A DNA stretch of 64,000 bases from Planctomycetia bacterium (GTDB lineage: Bacteria > Planctomycetota > Planctomycetia > Pirellulales > UBA1268). The position numbers were made by a program, and so were the translations under genes. The notes under the pieces are model-generated. The model was not told the origin of the DNA. It was given only the letters and a program-made list of their open reading frames with translations, and did no database searches. The DNA is taken from contig JAPLNR010000065.1 of the NCBI GenBank assembly GCA_026401035.1, forward strand, positions 3,969 through 67,968, written 5' to 3'. Each line of letters begins with the position of its first letter. Position 1 is the stretch's first letter. Shown one piece after another: positions 40,897 to 50,761 of the stretch.

Positions 40897-42258
40897 GTGC
40901 TGGAAAAACTACGCATCATTTTTACGATCCCCGAACTGCGGCAGAAGATTCTGCTCACGCTCGGACTGCTCGCCATCTACCGCGTCGGCTGGCAGGTGCC
41001 CCTGCCGATCGTCGACCCCAAGGCGATGACGGCGTTTGCCGAGGAGGCGGGGGGCATCGGCGCGCTGCTGAAGACGGTGGCGGTGTTTTCCGCCAGTCAG
41101 TTGTCGCAGGCGACGATCTTCGGGCTCGGGATCATGCCCTACATCTCCGCCTCGATCATCTTCCAATTGCTCGCCACCGTCTGGCCGCCGCTGGAGCGGC
41201 TGCAGAAGGAGGGGGAGGCGGGTCGCAAGAAGATCAACGAGTACACGCGGTATGCCACGGTGGTAATCTGCATCGTGCAGAGTTGGGCCTACGTCGCGTT
41301 TCTCTCCAATACCCGCGTGGGCGATACATCGCTCATCCAGTCGAGTTTTCTCGTCGATGGCCGACTGCCGTTCCTCTGGCAATTCGTGGCCGTGATGACG
41401 ATGACCGCGGGCACTGTATTTCTGATGTGGCTTGGCGAGCAGATCGATGAATTCGGTATCGGCAACGGTATCAGCCTGCTGATCATGGCGGGCATCTTGG
41501 CCGCGATGCCGAGCGCCCTGGTCGAACTCGGTAGCGACACCACCTGGGAGCTCGGTGGTGGCGGCGGCAAGATGGGTATCGAGACACTGCTCGTGCTGGC
41601 GGCGCTGTTCGTTGGCGTGGTCGCCGGCGTGGTGTTCATGACGCAGGGGCAGCGGCGGATCCCCACCCAGAGCGCCAAGCACGTCCGTGGACGGAGGGTC
41701 TACGGAGGAACCCGGCAGTATTTGCCACTGCGTGTCAATCAGGCCGGTGTGATGCCGATCATCTTCGCCAGCTCACTGCTGCTTTTCCCGCAGATGATCT
41801 TCCAGTATTTGCACAATGCCAATCCGGGGAGTGCCGTGCTGGGGGCGTTGCACGACTCGTTCACGCGGGGCCAATCGTTTCTCTACAACGTGCTCTATGT
41901 CGTGCTGATCTACTTCTTCTGCTACTTCTGGACGGCGATCACCTTCAACCCCAAGGAGATGGCCGATAATCTCAAGAATTTTGGGGCCTTCATCCCCGGC
42001 TACCGGCCGGGCAAGCGCACGGCCGACTTTCTGGAGCGGGTGATGGAGAGGATCACCTACGTGGGCGCCGCGTTCCTGTCGCTCGTGGCGATCATCCCCA
42101 CGATCGTGGGCGGTGCCCTGGGCATCCCGCCGCAGATCGCGAGTTTCTACGGCGGCACGGGCCTGCTCATCGCGGTCAGCGTGGCCTTCGACCTTGTGCA
42201 GAAGATCGACAGTCATCTCGTGATGAGGAACTACACGGGGCTTCTGGAAAAATCCTGA
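40897..42258 (+). CDS. secY: preprotein translocase subunit SecY
   Basis: GTG start. ATIFGLGIMPYISASIIFQLL, MWLGEQI.E.GIGNG.SL.I, ten hydrophobic segments. Confidence 0.95.
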   Translation: MLEKLRIIFTIPELRQKILLTLGLLAIYRVGWQVPLPIVDPKAMTAFAEEAGGIGALLKTVAVFSASQLSQATIFGLGIMPYISASIIFQLLATVWPPLERLQKEGEAGRKKINEYTRYATVVICIVQSWAYVAFLSNTRVGDTSLIQSSFLVDGRLPFLWQFVAVMTMTAGTVFLMWLGEQIDEFGIGNGISLLIMAGILAAMPSALVELGSDTTWELGGGGGKMGIETLLVLAALFVGVVAGVVFMTQGQRRIPTQSAKHVRGRRVYGGTRQYLPLRVNQAGVMPIIFASSLLLFPQMIFQYLHNANPGSAVLGALHDSFTRGQSFLYNVLYVVLIYFFCYFWTAITFNPKEMADNLKNFGAFIPGYRPGKRTADFLERVMERITYVGAAFLSLVAIIPTIVGGALGIPPQIASFYGGTGLLIAVSVAFDLVQKIDSHLVMRNYTGLLEKS

Positions 42259-42341
42259 TCCATTCACCGGAGCCGGTTCTTGCGGGGGCTTCTGCTGCCA
42301 TCCGCTCGGTTCGCTCATTCGGAATGTCTTGCGGACTTGTC

Positions 42342-42917
42342 ATGCGGATCATTCTCATCGGACCGCCCGGGGCGGGGAAAGGCACCCAGTGCCAGCGGCT
42401 CGTCGAGCATCTGCGTGTGCCGCACCTGTCCACCGGCGAAATGCTTCGGGCCGCCGTGCGGTCCGCCACGCCGGAGGGCGTGCAGGCGTCGAAATACATG
42501 GAACAGGGGCAGTTGGTGCCGGACGAACTCATCGTGGGCATGGTGACCAAGCGGCTCGAGGCGCCTGATTGCCGGAAAGGCTACCTTCTCGACGGCTTTC
42601 CCCGCACGCTGCCGCAGGCCGCGACGCTCGACGAATTGCTGGAGCGCCGCGCCATGAGCGTGGATGGCGTGATCGAGCTGGCGGTGCCGCGGGACGAGTT
42701 GATTCGACGGATGCTCGCACGCAAGCGGGCGGATGACAATCCGGAGATCTTTTCGAAGCGGATCGCCAGTTTCGAGATCCAGACCGCACCCCTGCTCGAC
42801 TACTACGGCCGGCAGGGAAAACTGGCGAGCATCGACGGCCTCGGCACGGCCGACGAGATCTTTGAACGGGTGCAGACGGCTCTCCGCCGGTTCGCCCGTG
42901 CGGCCGGCCGTCGGTAG
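42342..42917 (+). CDS. adk: adenylate kinase (short-lid form)
   Basis: MRIILIGPPGAGKGTQ...L.....VPHLSTGE.LR and GYLLDGFPRT..QA. Confidence 0.95.
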   Translation: MRIILIGPPGAGKGTQCQRLVEHLRVPHLSTGEMLRAAVRSATPEGVQASKYMEQGQLVPDELIVGMVTKRLEAPDCRKGYLLDGFPRTLPQAATLDELLERRAMSVDGVIELAVPRDELIRRMLARKRADDNPEIFSKRIASFEIQTAPLLDYYGRQGKLASIDGLGTADEIFERVQTALRRFARAAGRR

Positions 42918-42983
42918 AGTACCGAGGACGCCCGCGGTATACTTGCGAGAGTTTCATTTTTCCTGGGTATTGGTGGCCCCGCC

Positions 42984-43784
42984 GTGGTGAATCTTCGTTC
43001 TGCTCGCGAAATTGCGGCGATGCGCCGCGCTGGATTGGTGGTCTGGGGTGCGCATCAGTTGGCGTCCTCCCTCGTCAGGCCCGGCGTCACTACCGGTGAG
43101 ATCGATCGCGGCGTGGAGGAATTTTTCCTCGAGCAGGGGGCCGTGCCGCTCTTCAAGGGAGTTCCGGGCAAGGTTCCCTTTCCGGCCGTCTGCTGCATGT
43201 CGGTCAACGATGAAGTCGTGCATGGCATTCCTGGTTCGCGGGTTCTCGTCGCTGGCGACATCGTGAGCATCGATACCGGCTGCAGCGTCGATGGGTGGTG
43301 TGGCGATTCGGCCGTCACGTATGCCGTCGGCCCGATCGCCCCCGATGTGCAACGGCTGCTTGATTGCACGTCGGGTGTGCTCGCACTGGCGATCCAACTG
43401 ATGGGCGTTCGCAGTCGCTGGAGCGACGTGGCAACGGAGATGGCGAAGTATGTTCGGGACTACGGTTTTTCGGTCGTCGAGAATTTCGTGGGGCATGGCA
43501 TCGGCCGCAAGATGCACGAGGATCCGCAGGTGCCAAACTTCTGCACACCGGCCTTTCGTCGTAATCACGATTTCGATCTGGAACCGGGGCTCGTGATCGC
43601 GGTGGAACCAATGGTGAACATGGGCTCCAAGAAGGTGCATGTGCTGCCCGATCACTGGACGCAATCAACCATCGACGGCTGTCCCAGCGCCCACTTCGAG
43701 CACACCGTGGCCATGACTGAAAACGGCCCCGTCGTGCTGACGGCGGCTCCCGCCGCCGGGGAGTCGGTGGGCCGCGTAGCCTGA
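42984..43784 (+). CDS. map: type I methionine aminopeptidase
   Basis: VVHGIPG.R.L..GDIVSID.G....[37 protein letters not shown]. Confidence 0.95.
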   Translation: MVNLRSAREIAAMRRAGLVVWGAHQLASSLVRPGVTTGEIDRGVEEFFLEQGAVPLFKGVPGKVPFPAVCCMSVNDEVVHGIPGSRVLVAGDIVSIDTGCSVDGWCGDSAVTYAVGPIAPDVQRLLDCTSGVLALAIQLMGVRSRWSDVATEMAKYVRDYGFSVVENFVGHGIGRKMHEDPQVPNFCTPAFRRNHDFDLEPGLVIAVEPMVNMGSKKVHVLPDHWTQSTIDGCPSAHFEHTVAMTENGPVVLTAAPAAGESVGRVA

Positions 43785-43929
43785 GCCGGACGCGGCAATT
43801 CGCGAAAAACGGCGGTGCCAGAGCACCCCCTTGTGAACGCCTCCTCAGGCTTCCTATACTGGGCCGCTTTCCGCCAGTTTCCCCCGTTTTCTGTTGAAGG
43901 CGTGGTCGGCCGTCACCACGAGCTTGAGT

Positions 43930-44043
43930 ATGAAGGTTCGCGCCAGCGTCCGTCGCATGTGTGAGAAATGCAAGATCGTTCGACGCCGTGGCGTCGTGTT
44001 CGTCGTGTGCGCCGATCCCCGCCACAAGCAGCGGCAGGGGTAA
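43930..44043 (+). CDS. rpmJ: 50S ribosomal protein L36 (zinc-binding C3H form), 37 aa; too short for the supplied ORF track
   Basis: Read directly from the sequence: ATG at 43930, translation [40 protein letters not shown] at 44041-44043. Confidence 0.9.
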   Translation: MKVRASVRRMCEKCKIVRRRGVVFVVCADPRHKQRQG

Positions 44044-44145
44044 CGGCCGATGACGCTGGAGTTTGCGACGTTCTCCGGCCATCGCGCTGTTCCGGCGTTT
44101 GATTGTCTCGCCATCCTTTCCTGACCCTTCCCTGGATTTTTGCCA

Positions 44146-44529
44146 ATGCCCCGTCTCCTCGGTGTCGACATCCCCTCCGAAAAAAAGACGATCTATTCGT
44201 TGCAGTACCTGTACGGAGTGGGGCCGCGGGTGGCGCGGGATCTGTGCCACAAGGCCGGCGTTGATCCGGAAGGCATCGCCCGCAATCTCCACGAGGATGA
44301 ACTTGCCCGCCTTGCCTCCTTGATGGACAAGGACTACGTCGTCGAGGGGCAGCTGCGGAGGCAGGTCTCGCAGAATATTTCCCGGCTGAAGGACATCGGC
44401 AGCTACCGCGGTGTGCGGCACCGCCGCGGCCTGCCGGTTCGGGGGCAGCGTACGCGGACCAATGCCCGCACACGCAAAGGTCCCAAGAAGACCGTGGCCG
44501 GCAAGAAGGGCGTTAAGGATCTCAAGTAA
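44146..44529 (+). CDS. rpsM: 30S ribosomal protein S13
   Basis: MPRLLGVDIP..K.....L.YLYG.G, G.YRG.RHRRGLPVRGQRT.TNART.KGP.K. ATG at 44146 is preferred over the upstream TTG at 44140. Confidence 0.95.
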   Translation: MPRLLGVDIPSEKKTIYSLQYLYGVGPRVARDLCHKAGVDPEGIARNLHEDELARLASLMDKDYVVEGQLRRQVSQNISRLKDIGSYRGVRHRRGLPVRGQRTRTNARTRKGPKKTVAGKKGVKDLK

Positions 44530-44626
44530 CTCGGGTCCCGAGGGGGCTCGGTTCGGCTTCAAGCGGTCTTCGTTATTCGCGCATAGAAATCACACATAGA
44601 GCGGTTGAACACCAAAGAGCAAGTTC

Positions 44627-45004
44627 ATGTCAAAGGTTGCAAAGACAAAAAAGAAGAGCGTGTCGGCCGGCATCGCTTACATCACGGCGAGCTTCAACAA
44701 CACCACGGTCACGATCACCGACACCAAGGGCGATACGCTCTGCTGGGCGAGCGGTGGCACCTGTGGTTTCAAGGGGAGTCGCAAGGGTACGCCGTTTGCT
44801 GGCCAGTGTGCCGCCCAGCAGGCCGCGGAAAAGGCGGCCAAGTTTGGCGTCAAGGAACTCGAGGTCCGGGTGCGTGGGCCGGGGAGCGGCCGCGAGAGCG
44901 CGATCACGGCGTTGCAGGCTGCCGGCATGAATGTGAAGAGCATCGAAGACATCACGCCGTTGCCGCACAACGGCTGCCGCCCGCCGAAGAAGCGGCGCGT
45001 GTAA
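44627..45004 (+). CDS. rpsK: 30S ribosomal protein S11
   Basis: G.A.I..SFNNT.VTITD..G......SGG..GFKGSRK.TPFA.Q and [16 protein letters not shown]. Confidence 0.95.
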   Translation: MSKVAKTKKKSVSAGIAYITASFNNTTVTITDTKGDTLCWASGGTCGFKGSRKGTPFAGQCAAQQAAEKAAKFGVKELEVRVRGPGSGRESAITALQAAGMNVKSIEDITPLPHNGCRPPKKRRV

Positions 45005-45078
45005 GTGTCGCCTTCGTTTTGCACTCTTTCCCCCAACCAATTATCAACCTGTAGCAACTGACGAGAAGATAACGAATC

Positions 45079-45705
45079 ATGGGACGCATCACCGGACCTG
45101 TCTGCCGCCTCTGCCGTCGCGACGGGCTCAAGTTGTTTCTGAAGGGCAGCCGCTGCGACACGCCCAAGTGTGCCTTCGATCGCCGCCCCACTCCTCCGGG
45201 CATGGTGCAGAAGCGGCGGAGCAAGCCAACCGACTACGGGCTCCACCTGCGGGAAAAACAGAAGGTGAAGCACTACTACGGCGTGCTCGAGCGGCAGTTT
45301 CGCACGTACTTCGCTCGTGCCGAGAAAGGCACGGGAAATACGGGCGAGGTGCTGATGTCGCTGCTGGAGCGGCGGCTCGACAACGTAGTTCATCGCATGG
45401 GATTTGCTTCGTCGCGGTCCGCGGCACGGCAGGCTGTCATGCACGGCCATATCACCGTGAATGGCCGCCGGCTTGACGTGCCGAGTTATCTCGTGAAGGC
45501 GGGGGATCTCATTCGGGTGAAGAACCGCTCCAAGAGCCTGCAGCTCGTGCACGCGGCGCTCTCCGACTCGCGTCGCGAGGTTCCCGATTTTCTGTCGCGG
45601 GTCGACGGGCCGATTCCGGAGGGTCGGGTCGACAGGCTGCCGGCCGCCGAGGACGTCTCGATTCCGGTTCAGGCGAATCTCATCATCGAATTGTGCTCCA
45701 AGTAG
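45079..45705 (+). CDS. rpsD: 30S ribosomal protein S4 (zinc-finger type N-terminus)
   Basis: MGR..GP.CRLCRR.G.KLFLKG.RC...KCA and LERRLDNVV.R.GFA.SR..ARQ.V.HGHI.VNG. Confidence 0.95.
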   Translation: MGRITGPVCRLCRRDGLKLFLKGSRCDTPKCAFDRRPTPPGMVQKRRSKPTDYGLHLREKQKVKHYYGVLERQFRTYFARAEKGTGNTGEVLMSLLERRLDNVVHRMGFASSRSAARQAVMHGHITVNGRRLDVPSYLVKAGDLIRVKNRSKSLQLVHAALSDSRREVPDFLSRVDGPIPEGRVDRLPAAEDVSIPVQANLIIELCSK

Positions 45706-45779
45706 CCGCCGCCCGGCGGCGCGGTATTTCCGAACAAATCTGACGGCAACGTACACCCGGCGACAACAAGGAGTTTCCC

Positions 45780-46769
45780 ATGCACATCCGTTGGCGAGGC
45801 CTCGAACTGCCCAGTTCGGTCACGGCCGATCCGAAGACGCTGACCCCGACCTATGGCAAGTTTACGGCGGAGCCCTTTGAGCGTGGGTTCGGCACGACTG
45901 TGGGCAACAGCCTGCGCCGCGTGCTGCTCTCGAGTCTCGAGGGGAGTGCCGTCACGCAGATCAAGGTCGGCGGTGCCCTGCATGAATTCACGACGATCAA
46001 GGGTGTGCTCGAGGACATCACCGACATCGTGCTGGCGATCAAGAGCCTGGTGGTGAAGAATCACAGCGATTCGACCCGTGTGATCCGCGTTGAGAAGAGC
46101 AGCCGTGGGCCCGTGACCGCCGCCGATATTCAGACCGATGAATCCGTCGAGGTGGTCAACAAGGATCTCCTCCTGGCCACGCTCACCGACGACGTGCCGT
46201 TCGAATTGGAGATGGTGGTCGAGAATGGCCGTGGGTACGTCCCGGCCAGCGAGCACAGCCCCGAGGCGCAGGAGATCGGAATCATTCCGGTCGATGCGGT
46301 GTTCAGCCCGGTCACTCGGGTGCGGTACGAGGTCGAGGAAACCCGCGTTGGTCAGAAGACGAACTACGACAAGCTGACCATGGAAATCTGGACTGACGGC
46401 ACCGTCACGCCGGAGATGGCGCTCGTGGAAGCGGCCAAGATCATGCGGAAGCACCTCAACCCGTTTGTCGGTTACGGCAAACCGGGGCCGGCTGTGAATG
46501 CAGCCGCGTTCGGAAGTGTTTTCGCCGTCGAGGCGCCGCTGGAAAGCCGTTTGGGCATGCTCGCTTCCGATCTGAAGTTGTCGCTCCGGGCGGCAAACTG
46601 TCTGGAGGCCGAGGGCATCTCCACGGTTCGGGATCTCGTGTCCCGCAGTCGGGAAGAACTCCTCGAAGTGCGAAATTTTGGCGAGACAACGCTTCAGGAA
46701 ATCGAAGAGAAGCTCGCCGAGATCGGTCTCAAACTCGGCATGCAGATGCCGTCGACCGCCGACGCCTGA
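45780..46769 (+). CDS. rpoA: DNA-directed RNA polymerase subunit alpha
   Basis: [27 protein letters not shown] and the C-terminal domain [17 protein letters not shown]....[11 protein letters not shown]. Confidence 0.95.
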   Translation: MHIRWRGLELPSSVTADPKTLTPTYGKFTAEPFERGFGTTVGNSLRRVLLSSLEGSAVTQIKVGGALHEFTTIKGVLEDITDIVLAIKSLVVKNHSDSTRVIRVEKSSRGPVTAADIQTDESVEVVNKDLLLATLTDDVPFELEMVVENGRGYVPASEHSPEAQEIGIIPVDAVFSPVTRVRYEVEETRVGQKTNYDKLTMEIWTDGTVTPEMALVEAAKIMRKHLNPFVGYGKPGPAVNAAAFGSVFAVEAPLESRLGMLASDLKLSLRAANCLEAEGISTVRDLVSRSREELLEVRNFGETTLQEIEEKLAEIGLKLGMQMPSTADA

Positions 46770-46840
46770 GACCGCGGGCGATCCATTCAGCCAGAACAGC
46801 AAGCAAGTCCATACAACAGAAGCATCGAAGGAATTGATTC

Positions 46841-47437
46841 ATGCGCCATCGTCGCAAAGGCCGTGTGCTCGGACGCAGCCCCTCTCATCAACGGGCTTTG
46901 CTCCGCAATCTGGCTTCCGCCCTGATGCTCACCGAGCGGGACGTCGAAGTCGATGAGGTTGGAGCACCTGGGGTGGCCGGTCGCATCATCACCACGGTTG
47001 CGAAGGCAAAGGAAGTGCGGCCGCTCGTCGAGCGGTGCATCACCATTGCCAAGCGTGGGCTGGTTGCCGCCGAGAAGGCACGGGAGTTTTCCGTGTCGGC
47101 CGATCGAGACTCGGCCGAATGGAAGAAGTGGCGGACAAGCGAAGTGTGGCAGAAGTGGGCCGCTGCTTCGGCGCCGTCCGTGACTGCCCGCCGCCGGGTG
47201 GTGACGCTTTTGGGCGACAAGAAGGCGGCCCGCATTTTGTTCGAAAAGATCGCCCCGCGATTCGTGGATCGGCCGGGTGGCTACACCCGTATCCTGAAGC
47301 TGGCAACACCGCGCCTCGGCGATGCCGGCCCGCGGGCGCTGATTGAATTCGTCGGCAATGAAGATCGGGCGGAACGGGCTCCGGCGCCGAAGGTGCAGTC
47401 GTCCAGGCCGCCGCGATCGTCGAAGTCCGGAGCCTGA
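46841..47437 (+). CDS. rplQ: 50S ribosomal protein L17 (internal and C-terminal extensions)
   Basis: MRHRRKGR.LGRSPSH.RA.LRNLA.AL and R.GGYTRI.KL..PRLGD. Confidence 0.9.
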   Translation: MRHRRKGRVLGRSPSHQRALLRNLASALMLTERDVEVDEVGAPGVAGRIITTVAKAKEVRPLVERCITIAKRGLVAAEKAREFSVSADRDSAEWKKWRTSEVWQKWAAASAPSVTARRRVVTLLGDKKAARILFEKIAPRFVDRPGGYTRILKLATPRLGDAGPRALIEFVGNEDRAERAPAPKVQSSRPPRSSKSGA

Positions 47438-47573
47438 CACGAGTTCCTCTCGTTCCCGGCTGCTCGGCATCTGGGGGCCGCTTGAGGGCCGTCCATGTGC
47501 CGGCAGATACCCCCCCGGCACATCCTGTGCCAAACGGGGACGGTCGTTTCCCGCAAACCTTTGCCGGGCCCTG

Positions 47574-47595
47574 AGGGGGGCTGCCCCTTTTTTTT
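47574..47595 (+). terminator. candidate intrinsic terminator after rplQ: short GC hairpin (agggg/cccct) followed by T8
   Basis: An 8-T run at 47588-47595, exceptional in this GC-rich sequence, lies ~150 nt after the last gene of the operon. The stem is only ~5 bp. Confidence 0.45.
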
Positions 47596-47676
47596 GTAGT
47601 CTCGCATTCGCGTTCGACGATTCATTACGATATATTTCTCCAGGCTTCTCTTTCTTCCGTAGTGCACGGGGCGATC

Positions 47677-49377
47677 ATGCAGACGCAACAGCGGTTGTTT
47701 GGTGGAGCCTTGGCGGTGATGCTGCTGGCAGCGGCCTGCTTTGCGGGGGGTATCGCGGCCGCTGCGGACGGTGGTGACCACTTCGGCATCCCCCAGGTCA
47801 AGTTCATCAACGAACAGATCGCGGCTGGCTGGGCAGACGCCGGCATGCAGCCCTCGGCAGCTGCCACCGACGGCGAATGGTGCCGACGGGTGTTTCTCGA
47901 CTGCATCGGCCGCATACCGACCTCGGAGGAATTGGGGCGGTTTCTCGCCGATTCCTCTCCCGCGAAGAAGGCCGACCTGGTGACGCGGCTGCTCGGCGAG
48001 GACTACGTCGACGAGTATGCCCGGAACTGGACCGACGTCTGGACGACCGTTCTCATCGGCCGCGATGTCGAAAACGACAATGTGAATCGCTCTGGGATGC
48101 GGCAGTGGCTGCGCCGCGCCTTCTCGAAGAACATGCCCTACGACCAGTTCATGGAGGCATTAGTCACCGCGTCTGGTGCGAACGCAAACAAGGACGGGAT
48201 TGAAAATTTCAACGGCGCGACCAACTTTCTCAGCGGCAAGATGGAGGAAGGCGGCGTGCAGGCGGCCGCCAAGACAGCACAGATTTTCCTGGGACTGCAG
48301 GTGCAGTGCACGCAGTGCCACAACCATCCTTTCAATAAGGGCAAGCAAAACCAGTTTTGGGAATTCAGTGCTTTTTTTCGCCAGACCCGGGCGCTGAGGA
48401 AGTACGAGCAGACGATGGACATCCAGTCGATCGAGATGGTCGACGAAGACTTCGCGGGAGAGGGGGGCAATCCTGAAGAGGCCGAACTCTACTACGAGTT
48501 GCGGAATGGACTGAAAAAGGTGGCCTATCCGGTCTTCGTCGACGGCACCGAGATTTCGAAGAGCGGTTACCTGCCCGGCAAGATGGACGACGGCAAGGAG
48601 TACGGTGTCCATCGCCGCAAGGAACTCGCCCAGTTGATGAAGGGCAGTCCGCTGATGCCGAAGGTGATCGTCAACCGCATGTGGGCGCATTTTCTCGGCT
48701 ACGGGTTTACCAAGCCGATCGACGATCTGGGCGAGCACAACGCGCCGTCCAATCCGGAATTGCTCGATGGGCTCGGGGCGCAGTTTCGCGAGCAGAGTTT
48801 CGACCTCAAGGAACTCATCAAGTGGATTACCCTCTCCAAGCCGTATTCGCTGTCGAGCAAGGTCTCGAAGGGCAATACGCGGGATGATCCCGCCCTCGGC
48901 GAAACGCCGAAGTTTTCCCATTTCTATTTGCGGCAGATGCGGGCGGAGGAACTCTACGAATCGCTCCTGACGGCGACTCAGGCCGATGAAAGCCGGGCCA
49001 CCGGCGAAAAGGCGGCGAAGAAGAAGGACGAATGGCTCGGCCAATTCGTCATTGCATTCGGCACTGACGAGGGAGACGACTCGACGACCTTCAACGGATC
49101 GATCACGCAGGTTCTCATGATGTTCAACAGCGAACTCATGAAGGTCGCCACCGGCACCGGCAAGGGCGGATTCCTCGATCGTATCGCCTCGGGCAACACG
49201 AAGAATGCCGCCAAGATCGACGCGCTCTACATGGCGGCGTTGGCGAGAAAGCCTTCCGCAAAGGAAGTCTCCAAGGCCAACGACTTGATGATCGCCCGCA
49301 AGGGCGACGCCATCGGCGCCCTCCAGGACATCTGGTGGGCGGTGCTCAACTCCAACGAGTTCATCATGAATCACTAG
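47677..49377 (+). CDS. secreted DUF1549/DUF1553-type protein
   Basis: Signal peptide. W.RRVFLDCIGRIPT.EE...FL (DUF1549-like) and QC.QCHNHPF (DUF1553-like). Domain names are recalled from memory. Confidence 0.75.
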   Translation: MQTQQRLFGGALAVMLLAAACFAGGIAAAADGGDHFGIPQVKFINEQIAAGWADAGMQPSAAATDGEWCRRVFLDCIGRIPTSEELGRFLADSSPAKKADLVTRLLGEDYVDEYARNWTDVWTTVLIGRDVENDNVNRSGMRQWLRRAFSKNMPYDQFMEALVTASGANANKDGIENFNGATNFLSGKMEEGGVQAAAKTAQIFLGLQVQCTQCHNHPFNKGKQNQFWEFSAFFRQTRALRKYEQTMDIQSIEMVDEDFAGEGGNPEEAELYYELRNGLKKVAYPVFVDGTEISKSGYLPGKMDDGKEYGVHRRKELAQLMKGSPLMPKVIVNRMWAHFLGYGFTKPIDDLGEHNAPSNPELLDGLGAQFREQSFDLKELIKWITLSKPYSLSSKVSKGNTRDDPALGETPKFSHFYLRQMRAEELYESLLTATQADESRATGEKAAKKKDEWLGQFVIAFGTDEGDDSTTFNGSITQVLMMFNSELMKVATGTGKGGFLDRIASGNTKNAAKIDALYMAALARKPSAKEVSKANDLMIARKGDAIGALQDIWWAVLNSNEFIMNH

Positions 49378-49481
49378 CTCTAAGCCTGCACGGCCATTGT
49401 TGGATCGTGTAGGCCTGGCCCCGCGACAGAGATCAAAACCCGAGACACAAGCCCCCGTATCCCTTTCCTGGAGAGCCTGCC

Positions 49482-50759
49482 ATGACCCGCTTCGATTCCA
49501 TTCCGGCTGGTATGAATCGCCGCCATTTTATGAGTCATCTGGCGGGTGCTGCCGCCCTCGCAGCGCCGGCAACGGCGTTTACGAATTCGATCCTTGCCAA
49601 CGTCAGCGACCTGAAGAAGCGGCACAAGTCTGCGATCCTGCTGTGGATGGGGGGCGGCCCCAGCACGATGGATATCTGGGACTTGAAGCCGGGCGCCGCC
49701 ACGGGCGGCCCGTTCAAGCAGATTTCAACAAGCGCCGACGGCATCGCCATCTGTGAACACATGCCGTTGATGGCAAAGCAGATGCACCAGATGTCGATCG
49801 TCCGATCGATGAGCACGCGCGAGGCTGATCACATGCGTGGCCGCTACTACATGCATACCGGCTATGTCCCCAACCCAAACGTCGAGCATCCGAGTTATGG
49901 GGCGGTGGTCTCGCACGAACTTGCCGAGCATGTTCCCGATCTCGAGATTCCGCCCTTCGTGTCGGTCGGCAGCGGCAGCGTCGGTCCGGGCTTCCTGGGC
50001 ATGACCTGGGCGCCGTTCGTCGTCGATTCCAACGGCAATGTTCGCAATCTCGACATGGGCATCGATCCAGCCCGGGTGGCACAGCGTCTCGAGATGCTGG
50101 CCACGATCGAAAAGAAGTTCATCGGTGAAAAGCGGGGCGGCTCGGCCGATGATCACGCCAAGGTGCTCGAGAAGACCGTCCGTCTGATGACGAGCAAGCA
50201 GATGGAGGCCTTCAAGGTGATGAAGGAGCCGAAGGACGTGCAGGAAAAGTACGGCACCACGGGCTTTGGTCGCGGCTGCCTCATGGCCCGCCGTCTCGTG
50301 GAGGCGGGGGTGCCGTTCGTCGAGGTCGATCTCGGCGGCTGGGACAATCACGCCGACATCTTCCCGACGCTGTCGGACCGCAAGCTCCCAGAGCTCGACA
50401 AGGCGATGAGCGCGCTTGTGAGCGATTTGGCCGATCGCGGCCTGCTCGACGACACGGCGATCATCTGGATGGGCGAGTTCAGCCGCACTCCGAACATCAA
50501 TGCGGGTGCCGGCCGTGACCACTGGGCGCGGAGCTGGAGCGTGGTCGTGGGTGGCGCGGGCTTCAAGCGTGGCGTGGTCGTGGGCGAGACGAGTTCTGAC
50601 GGCAAGGAAGTGGTTTCCGAGCCCTACTCGTCGCAGGACGTGATGGCGAGCGTGCTCAAGTCGCTCGGTATCTCGCTCGAGACGACGTTCACGGCGAAGA
50701 ACGGACGGCCGATGAAGATCGCCAACTCTGGCAAGGTCATCAAGGAACTGTTCGCCTGA
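49482..50759 (+). CDS. DUF1501 (sulfatase-like) protein with a twin-arginine signal
   Basis: NRRHFM...AGAAALA Tat-like signal, LLWMGGGPS..D.WD.KP, GRDHW. It is the usual partner of a DUF1549/1553 gene. Confidence 0.8.
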   Translation: MTRFDSIPAGMNRRHFMSHLAGAAALAAPATAFTNSILANVSDLKKRHKSAILLWMGGGPSTMDIWDLKPGAATGGPFKQISTSADGIAICEHMPLMAKQMHQMSIVRSMSTREADHMRGRYYMHTGYVPNPNVEHPSYGAVVSHELAEHVPDLEIPPFVSVGSGSVGPGFLGMTWAPFVVDSNGNVRNLDMGIDPARVAQRLEMLATIEKKFIGEKRGGSADDHAKVLEKTVRLMTSKQMEAFKVMKEPKDVQEKYGTTGFGRGCLMARRLVEAGVPFVEVDLGGWDNHADIFPTLSDRKLPELDKAMSALVSDLADRGLLDDTAIIWMGEFSRTPNINAGAGRDHWARSWSVVVGGAGFKRGVVVGETSSDGKEVVSEPYSSQDVMASVLKSLGISLETTFTAKNGRPMKIANSGKVIKELFA

Positions 50760-50761
50760 GG

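Noticed and set aside
43831-43860. Possible internal promoter TTGTGA-18 nt-TATACT upstream of rpmJ
   Set aside because: The match is weak (18-nt spacer, imperfect -35) and unsupported by other evidence. It is noted but not listed as a feature.
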